A model generated the notes under the pieces. It was not told where the DNA came from. It made no database searches and saw nothing but the letters and a program-made list of their open reading frames with translations. From Patescibacteria group bacterium (GTDB taxonomy: Bacteria > Patescibacteriota > Patescibacteriia > UBA9934 > GWF2-40-263): 64,000 bases of DNA. Both the position numbers and the translations under genes were made by a program. The DNA lies in the NCBI GenBank assembly GCA_038065075.1, contig JBBTRQ010000008.1:11960-75959 (forward strand). The letters run 5' to 3'. This document shows, piece after piece, positions 55,671 through 64,000 of this stretch (within the stretch, counting starts at the first letter, position 1; each line of letters starts with the position of its first letter).

Positions 55671-57032
55671 ATGCAGAAGCAAACGCCTCTGATGGCTAAC
55701 TGCTCGCAGTGCTCGCGGTCCTTTCCGATCCGCGCGCAGATGCAGGTCAGCGGCGTGTCGCTTCCCATGCTCGTCGTCCTCCCCCAGGTCGACAGCGTGG
55801 AAGCGGCACTCGAACAGGCCACCTGTCAGGTGTGCCTGAACAAGACCGGCCCGGCCGACCGCGGGCTCCACCAGGTTCTCAAGAACCTCGGCCTCAAGGA
55901 CGAAGACGAAGCGCCGGCTCTCCGCGAAGCGGCCGTCACCGTCCGTCCGGCTCTCGAGGTGCCGGCAAGGACCGGCTCGGCCGTGGTCATCTCCACGCGT
56001 CCACGCGAGGTCACGGTCGTTGACCCCCTCATGGGGACGTCGATCGAGAGGCCACGCCTCGCGCTCCCCGCCCGTGATCGCGGCCCGCGCCGTGATGACC
56101 GGCGCTCGCCACCCAGCGAGTCGCGTCTCCCGCGCTCCCTGCACCAGCCCGATCGCCACAAGCCCCTGCCCAAGGTCGAGCACCTCACCGGCGCGATCGG
56201 GCAGACCGCCGCCAACGCCGCCGTGCTCGAGGTCGCCATGAAGGCGGCCAAAGTGCGCGACGAGGCCAAGCGGCTCGAGCGTGAGGAGAAGTTCAACAAG
56301 CTCCTCTTCTGGCTCAAGCTCTCGCTCGCTCGCATCCGCAAGAACGCGGCGACGACCGAGGTCTGGAATTTCGTCGAGACCTTCAAGCGCAAGCTCAGCG
56401 AGGCGGCCAGCCTCGACTCGAACCAGCGCGGCAAGAAGGGTCTCCTCGCGGAGCTCGGAACCAGCGTGGAGGGACTCGAGGCGCTCTGCCACGAGTTCTA
56501 CTCCGGCAAGGAACCGCTCCAGCCCCGGCGACCGATCGAGGTCGTCACGCTCGACGCGTTCGAGGGAGGCCGTCGTCCCGAGACGTGGGACAAGAAGGGT
56601 GGGCGCAAGCCCGCCTTCTACCAGCTCAAGGTCGTTCGGACCAAGAACTCTCTCCCCGTCCCCAACCCGCCACTCCCCAACGGCGACGAAGACCAGCGCC
56701 CGCGGATCGTCTACCCCGAAGGGCAGGAGTTCGGCTCCGACTACACGGTCGAACACAGCCAGTGTCTCGCTGGCGTCGAAGGTCAGATCGACCAGATCTT
56801 CGACGAGGTCGCCGGCCTGTACATGCGATGGCTTGCCATCGTTCATGACAGGATCGGCATCGGGGTCGAGCTCGCCAAGTTCGACCTCTCCGCCCGTCTC
56901 CCCGCCTTCTTCCATGACCTCAAGCAGGTTCTCGCGGAGGAGGCGGCAGAGCTGGCGGCAGAGGAAGCCGCCGCCCCGACCACCGAGCCGACCACCATCA
57001 CCACCTCGCCGGAACTCCCGGCCACGACGTAA
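55671..57032 (+). CDS. Hypothetical protein with N-terminal CxxC..CxxC pair, strongly GC-rich
   Basis: CSQCS..CQVC zinc-ribbon-like start. Long Arg/Pro/Glu-rich body. No match to a known enzyme motif. Confidence 0.35.
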   Translation: MQKQTPLMANCSQCSRSFPIRAQMQVSGVSLPMLVVLPQVDSVEAALEQATCQVCLNKTGPADRGLHQVLKNLGLKDEDEAPALREAAVTVRPALEVPARTGSAVVISTRPREVTVVDPLMGTSIERPRLALPARDRGPRRDDRRSPPSESRLPRSLHQPDRHKPLPKVEHLTGAIGQTAANAAVLEVAMKAAKVRDEAKRLEREEKFNKLLFWLKLSLARIRKNAATTEVWNFVETFKRKLSEAASLDSNQRGKKGLLAELGTSVEGLEALCHEFYSGKEPLQPRRPIEVVTLDAFEGGRRPETWDKKGGRKPAFYQLKVVRTKNSLPVPNPPLPNGDEDQRPRIVYPEGQEFGSDYTVEHSQCLAGVEGQIDQIFDEVAGLYMRWLAIVHDRIGIGVELAKFDLSARLPAFFHDLKQVLAEEAAELAAEEAAAPTTEPTTITTSPELPATT

Positions 57033-57353
57033 CACGTGGGTCCACGACCCACCTTTTCACTTGTTCACGAGCTTCTCGTGGACAGATGAGACCGTTCACT
57101 CTTGATCTTTGTCCCAAATCTGCGATAAACTTCAAAAGTTCCCGAACCTAAGGCTGCGAAGTTGCGGTACGACAAAACCAGGTCTAAATCGCGAGCATAG
57201 GTCATTCGCCGCAAGGCTGAGTGACCAAAATCTCTCTCCTCTGCTCAAACGTTCTGATCCGGGTTCCTGTCGTGACCCTTCTCCGCAGCCTCAGCTTCGG
57301 GAGCTTTTTGATTTTGGAGAGAGAAAATCCAGCCCGTTGAGGCTGGATTTTAT

Positions 57354-57860
57354 TCAAGTTTCGGAAAAACCTAACTTGAGCAATGTGTCGCGTGCGTCTT
57401 CTAATTGGTCGGCTTTCACAAGGACATAATCTTTTGAGTAGGTTGAGACAATCAGGATATTCATGCCGCTATCGGCAATAGCCTGGCTGATCCTCGCGAG
57501 GAAACCGACGCAGTAGAATGGAATGGCTACATTGAGTGCAATGAGTCGATAGTCGTCTTTGTTGCGTTCGATAAGATCGAGGGTCGTAACGTTTTCAGAT
57601 TGTGTCACCACGGTGATCTCGTCTCCATCTTTCGTTACCATGAAGTGATTTTCATCTGGCCAACTCTTGACCTTGGCGTACACGAACATCCCGTCTTCGA
57701 TGCTAAAAGAGCTTGCGTGGATGATGTCATTAAGTTGCTGTCTCATAGTCGTTTTACTGAGATTGAGCTTACGGAGAAAGTCTACCACTGAGAGCTCAAT
57801 ACAAGGAACTGTCCGCAATTCAGTTGATGACTTTTTTAGACCGGGGTACAAAAAAGTCAT
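57354..57860 (-). CDS. ACT-domain protein
   Basis: C-terminal ..GFLARISQAIADSGMNILIVSTYSKDYVLV.. beta-alpha-beta-beta ACT pattern. Start taken at MTFLYPG, overlapping the upstream gene's stop (TGATGA). Confidence 0.45.
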   Translation of the reverse strand: MTFLYPGLKKSSTELRTVPCIELSVVDFLRKLNLSKTTMRQQLNDIIHASSFSIEDGMFVYAKVKSWPDENHFMVTKDGDEITVVTQSENVTTLDLIERNKDDYRLIALNVAIPFYCVGFLARISQAIADSGMNILIVSTYSKDYVLVKADQLEDARDTLLKLGFSET

Positions 57861-58459
57861 CACTGCTGTCTCGCGAGGAATACCTCTACCCACGTTTGGA
57901 TCTTCGCTGATTTTACGAAGTCCCGGACATCATCGATGACATCAAGATCTGACTTCCAGACACTCTTTTGGACTTGCGTGAAACCAGCCTTCTTAAGAAA
58001 GGCTCGAAATGAATTTCGACCACGTCTAGCATCGACGGGAAAATCAAATAACACCAAACAGATGAAACCATCAGGGAGTTTCGGACGTTCCTTCATGGTT
58101 TCTTTCCTAAGTTTCACCTGACCTTCCTTTGACAACTCGACAAACAAACGACCTTCCACCTTTTTTGTCTGAATGAGCTTTTTCCGCCGTAGGTAAGCAA
58201 GTCGGTTTCGGTAGGCACTCGCCGCTCTTTCACGTTCCTCTGCGAGCGTGTGCTCGCCCTCATAGCGGTGTGGCTGTCGTCTTGCCCACTGTTCGAACAA
58301 TTCAGAGGCTTCTCGAGCCTCGTCCTCGAGCAACTCAAGGAAGTCGCTGATTTTGTGGTTTATGCTTCTTTCTTCTCTGTTCATAAATGCTGAAATTAAT
58401 CGACCGGGGTCTAAAAAAGTCATCGTGAGAAAGTGCTGCGGGAGCCACTTCAAAAACAA
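57860..58459 (-). CDS. Winged-helix plus Cas2/VapD-like domain protein (second paralog)
   Basis: ICLVLFDFPVDARRGRNSFRAFLKKAGFTQVQKSVWKS parallels 35444-35974. Translationally coupled to the ACT gene. Confidence 0.45.
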   Translation of the reverse strand: MFLKWLPQHFLTMTFLDPGRLISAFMNREERSINHKISDFLELLEDEAREASELFEQWARRQPHRYEGEHTLAEERERAASAYRNRLAYLRRKKLIQTKKVEGRLFVELSKEGQVKLRKETMKERPKLPDGFICLVLFDFPVDARRGRNSFRAFLKKAGFTQVQKSVWKSDLDVIDDVRDFVKSAKIQTWVEVFLARQQ

Positions 58460-58547
58460 AATCCCCCTAACACAAGTACATGTGAGAGGGGGAGGACATA
58501 GTCATTTAATCAGGAAATGAGCCCGCCGTCAATTTGTGGATATCTCC

Positions 58548-58576
58548 TTGACGCGAGGAAAGACGCGTGCTACGAT
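58548..58576 (+). promoter_or_regulatory. Candidate promoter for rpoBC
   Basis: TTGACG-17 nt-TACGAT roughly 200 nt upstream of rpoB. Confidence 0.35.
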
Positions 58577-58766
58577 CGCCCTGCATTTACGTTGGGTTTA
58601 GCTAAATTTAGCGAAACTTGACAACCCCTGGCCTCGTCTGCGGCAGAACGGTCAACCAGGAAAGGGGCACATAAAGAGAAACGCTTGGATAACCCCCCTT
58701 CTCTGATGGTGCGCACCCCCCTTATTAACGAGCTATAAAAGGACTTTCCTCCCAGGGAAAGGTTTT

Positions 58767-61700
58767 TTGTTTTTTAAGCCACCTATGCCTATTTTCCGCC
58801 GCACGCCCGTAAAGACCCGCGAACGCAAGCTGTTTGCCAACGCCGTGGGAGACGCGATGGACGTGCCAGACCTCATTGAGGTTCAGCGCCGTTCCTACCG
58901 CTGGTTTTACGAAGAGGGAATCAAGGAGCTTTTTCAAGAGGTCACGCCGATCACCGATTTCATCGGCCGTGACTTGGAGCTCTACTTTGATGACTATTAT
59001 CTCGACGAGCCAAAGTTCGACGAAAAGACCTCGCGCGAGAAGAACGTCACCTTTGAGGCGCCATTGCGCGTGAAGACTCGCCTGGTGAACTTGCGCACCA
59101 AGGACGTGAAGGAACAGGAGATCTATCTGGGCGATCTCCCGATCATGACCCCACGCGGAACCTTCCTCATCAACGGTGTGGAGCGTGTGGTTGTTTCTCA
59201 GCTCGTGCGTTCCGCCGGAGCGTTTTTTACCGCGGACGTTTACCGCGGCCGCCGCTATTACGGCGCCAAGATCATTCCAAACCGCGGAGCCTGGCTCGAG
59301 TTTGAGACGGATCCCAAGAACGTCATTTGGGTAAAGATTGATCGCAAGCGCAAAGTGCCCGTGACGGCGCTCTTGCGTGCGTTCGGGGTTCCAGACGATG
59401 AGTCGATCATCGATTTCTTTAAGGACATCGATATCCACCCGATGAACCACTACATCGAGTCCACGATCAACAAAGATATTTCCAAGAATGAAGACGAGGG
59501 TCTCATCGAGGTCTACAAGCGTATCCGTCCAGGCGACCGCGCCACGGCCGACAACGCCAAGAGTCTTATTCACTCGATGTTCTTCAACTTCGACCGGTAC
59601 GACCTCGGAAAAGTCGGTCGATACAAATTCAATTTGCGTTTTGACCAGGACATCGACAGCGAGTTGGTCGCCAAGGAAGAAAACCGCATTATCCGCAAGG
59701 AAGACTTGGTCATGATCATTCGTGAGATCATCAAGCTCAACATCGAACAGGGAGAACCAGACGACGTCGATCACCTTGGCAACCGCCGCGTGCGCGCCGT
59801 GGGTGAGCTCATCCAGGGACGTTTCCGCGTGGGACTTGCCCGCATGGAGCGCATCGTGCGCGACCGCATGTCCACCCGCGACATCGAGACCCTGACTCCA
59901 GGTCGACTCATCAATGCGCGTCCCGTGATCGGCGCGATTCGCGAGTTCTTCATGTCCTCTCAGCTTTCACAGTTCATGGACCAGACCAACCCTCTGGCCG
60001 AGCTTGAACACAAGCGCCGCCTCTCCGCGATGGGTCCAGGAGGACTCTCCCGTGAGCGCGCCGGATTCGAAGTCCGCGACGTGCACCCAACTCACTACGG
60101 CCGCATCTGTCCGATCGCGACACCGGAAGGTCCAAACATCGGACTCATCGGCCACCTCGCCTCCTACGCCATCATCAACGATTACGGGTTCATTGAAACG
60201 CCGTACCGCAAAGTCGTGAAGGAGGTGAAAAACGGCAAGACCTTGAGCCGCGTGACGAATGAGATTGAGTTTATCAATGCATTTAAGGAAGAGCGTTCTG
60301 TGACCGTCCCAGCGACCATCCCTATTGATAAGGACGGATACTTTGTCGAAGCATTCGTCGGAGGTCGTAAGTACGGAGAGCCAAAAGTTATCGGCCAAGA
60401 CGAAGTCGACTACATGGACGTTTCTTCCAAACAGATTGTGTCGATCGGCACCGCGCTCATTCCGTTTTTGGAGCACGATGACGCCACGCGCGCGCTCATG
60501 GGTACGAACATGCAACGCCAGGCCGTGCCAACCATCAAGCCTGACGCGCCGATTTGCGGCACCGGAAGTGAGAAGCGTGCCGCGCGCGATTCCGGACACG
60601 TGGTCGTCGCCGAGCAGTCTGGAGAGATCAGCCGCGTGGAGGGAGACGTGGTCGAGATCACCGATGACCACGGCAACAAGGCGGAATACGAACTCAAGAA
60701 ATTCTTGCGCTCCAACAATTCCACCTCCATCAACCAGCGCCCGGTCGTAAACCGTGGACAGAAGATCGTGAAGGGCGATGTGATCGCCGACTCCTCCGCC
60801 GTTGACCACGGGGAACTTGCTCTGGGACAAAACTGTCTGGTCGCCTTCATGGCGTGGGATGGCTACAACTACGAGGACGCCGTCATTTTGAGCGAGCGTC
60901 TCGTCCAAGACGATCGTTTCACGTCCGTCCACATCGAGCACTACACCATGGACGTGCGTGATACCAAGCTTGGTCCTGAAGTGGTGACAAGCGATATTCC
61001 AAACGTGTCTGAAGATAAACTCGGCAACCTCGATTCCGAAGGCGTGATTCGTGTCGGTGCAGAAGTGAAGTCCGGTGACATCTTGGTAGGAAAGATCACG
61101 CCAAAAGGTGAGACCGAACTTTCCGCGGAGGAAAAACTTCTGCGCGCGATCTTCGGAGAGAAGGCTCGCGACGTGCGCGATTCCTCGCTCTATCTTGAGC
61201 ACGGCGAGCACGGCAAAGTCGTGGCCGTGACCGTGTTCTCCCGAGAGGAAGGCGACAAGCTTTCTCCGGGCGTCATCAAGTCCATTCAAGTCACCATCGC
61301 GGACCTTCGCAAAATTCAGGTGGGAGACAAAGTCGCCGGACGTCACGGAAACAAGGGTGTCATCTCCAAGGTCGTGCCTGTTGCGGACATGCCATTTTTG
61401 CCAGACGGAACACCGGTGGACATCATCCTCACCCCGCTGGGTATTGTCTCGCGCATGAACCTCGGACAAATTCTTGAGGTGCACATGGGTCTTGCCGCTA
61501 ACGCGCTTGGCTACAACGTGAACACGCCGGTCCTCAATGGTGTGCCGGAAAAAACAATCTACGACGAGCTTGAACGCGCGGGCTTCCCACGAAGCGGTCA
61601 GGTCACCCTCTTTGACGGCCGCTCTGGAGACGCGTTTGAGAACCTCGTGACCGTGGGCTACATGTACATCCTCAAGCTCTCGCACATGGTCGAGGACAAG

Positions 61701-62045
61701 ATGCATCAACGCTCTATTGGTCCCTACTCGCTCATCACTCAGCAACCGCTGGGAGGAAAAGCGCAGTTCGGCGGACAACGGTTCGGAGAAATGGAAGTGT
61801 GGGCGCTTGAAGCCTACGGCGCGGCGCATATGCTCCAGGAAATTCTCACGATCAAGTCCGATGACGTGCCGGGTCGCTCCAAAGCTTACGAGTCCATCAT
61901 CAAGGGCGATCCGATCCGCAAAGTGAACATCCCAGAATCATTCAACGTTCTCGTGCGCGAACTCAAGGGTCTGTGCTTGGACGTGGAGCTTCTCAAAGAC
62001 GGGCAGAAGGTCGACCTGCCAGGCGAAAAGAAAACGAAAAAGTAA
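58767..62045 (+). CDS. rpoB: DNA-directed RNA polymerase subunit beta
   Basis: Rif-region and catalytic motifs, for example [12 protein letters not shown] and [27 protein letters not shown]. Start possibly at Met 58785. Confidence 0.95.
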   Translation: MFFKPPMPIFRRTPVKTRERKLFANAVGDAMDVPDLIEVQRRSYRWFYEEGIKELFQEVTPITDFIGRDLELYFDDYYLDEPKFDEKTSREKNVTFEAPLRVKTRLVNLRTKDVKEQEIYLGDLPIMTPRGTFLINGVERVVVSQLVRSAGAFFTADVYRGRRYYGAKIIPNRGAWLEFETDPKNVIWVKIDRKRKVPVTALLRAFGVPDDESIIDFFKDIDIHPMNHYIESTINKDISKNEDEGLIEVYKRIRPGDRATADNAKSLIHSMFFNFDRYDLGKVGRYKFNLRFDQDIDSELVAKEENRIIRKEDLVMIIREIIKLNIEQGEPDDVDHLGNRRVRAVGELIQGRFRVGLARMERIVRDRMSTRDIETLTPGRLINARPVIGAIREFFMSSQLSQFMDQTNPLAELEHKRRLSAMGPGGLSRERAGFEVRDVHPTHYGRICPIATPEGPNIGLIGHLASYAIINDYGFIETPYRKVVKEVKNGKTLSRVTNEIEFINAFKEERSVTVPATIPIDKDGYFVEAFVGGRKYGEPKVIGQDEVDYMDVSSKQIVSIGTALIPFLEHDDATRALMGTNMQRQAVPTIKPDAPICGTGSEKRAARDSGHVVVAEQSGEISRVEGDVVEITDDHGNKAEYELKKFLRSNNSTSINQRPVVNRGQKIVKGDVIADSSAVDHGELALGQNCLVAFMAWDGYNYEDAVILSERLVQDDRFTSVHIEHYTMDVRDTKLGPEVVTSDIPNVSEDKLGNLDSEGVIRVGAEVKSGDILVGKITPKGETELSAEEKLLRAIFGEKARDVRDSSLYLEHGEHGKVVAVTVFSREEGDKLSPGVIKSIQVTIADLRKIQVGDKVAGRHGNKGVISKVVPVADMPFLPDGTPVDIILTPLGIVSRMNLGQILEVHMGLAANALGYNVNTPVLNGVPEKTIYDELERAGFPRSGQVTLFDGRSGDAFENLVTVGYMYILKLSHMVEDKMHQRSIGPYSLITQQPLGGKAQFGGQRFGEMEVWALEAYGAAHMLQEILTIKSDDVPGRSKAYESIIKGDPIRKVNIPESFNVLVRELKGLCLDVELLKDGQKVDLPGEKKTKK

Positions 62046-62048
62046 TCT

Positions 62049-64000
<1,952 letters not shown>

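Overview
The window is a mosaic of a moderate-GC housekeeping backbone interrupted by several visibly GC-richer patches whose ORFs I cannot recognise.

Backbone genes:
- polA, holA, rpsT, rmuC, ychF, the rpsF-ssb-rpsR cluster, epmA-efp, recA, ftsK, and rpoB followed by the 5' part of rpoC.
- Five tRNAs (two Arg, one His, two Ala) and an RNase P RNA.
- A DsbA-like protein, a Xer-type tyrosine recombinase, and three toxin-antitoxin modules (MNT/HepT and two PIN-based pairs).
- A roughly 11 kb cluster of giant Thr/Ser/Gly/Asp-rich secreted or anchored surface proteins.

The gene content is reminiscent of small-genome Patescibacteria-like bacteria, but that cannot be confirmed from sequence alone. 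The standard code 11 fits the ORF pattern.

GC-rich patches (judged by eye from G/C-dominated third codon positions, no numbers computed): 5327-5683, 6854-9013, 18376-18984, 36260-40830 (immediately beside tRNA-Ala), 46370-47071, 49085-52399 and 55671-57032. These look like acquired cargo.

Pattern not explained by ordinary annotation:
- A perfect 69-bp duplication of the holA 3' end flanks a three-gene cassette ending at rnpB. An older, degenerate duplication of the same kind flanks the MNT/HepT cassette.
- A 600-bp unit bounded by 26-bp inverted repeats carries a wHTH plus Cas2-like gene next to tRNA-Ala. A paralogous copy bounded by direct repeats sits upstream of rpoBC.
- A miniature palindromic element (terminal motif GGTAGCC..CAGGCTTCAGCCTG) is inserted in frame inside polA, with a short sibling upstream of ychF.
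- A second nested-hairpin repeat family (GTCATTGCGAG / GTCATCCCGAG type) occurs three times.
- A single in-frame TGA splits an approximately 1,890-codon surface-protein reading frame.
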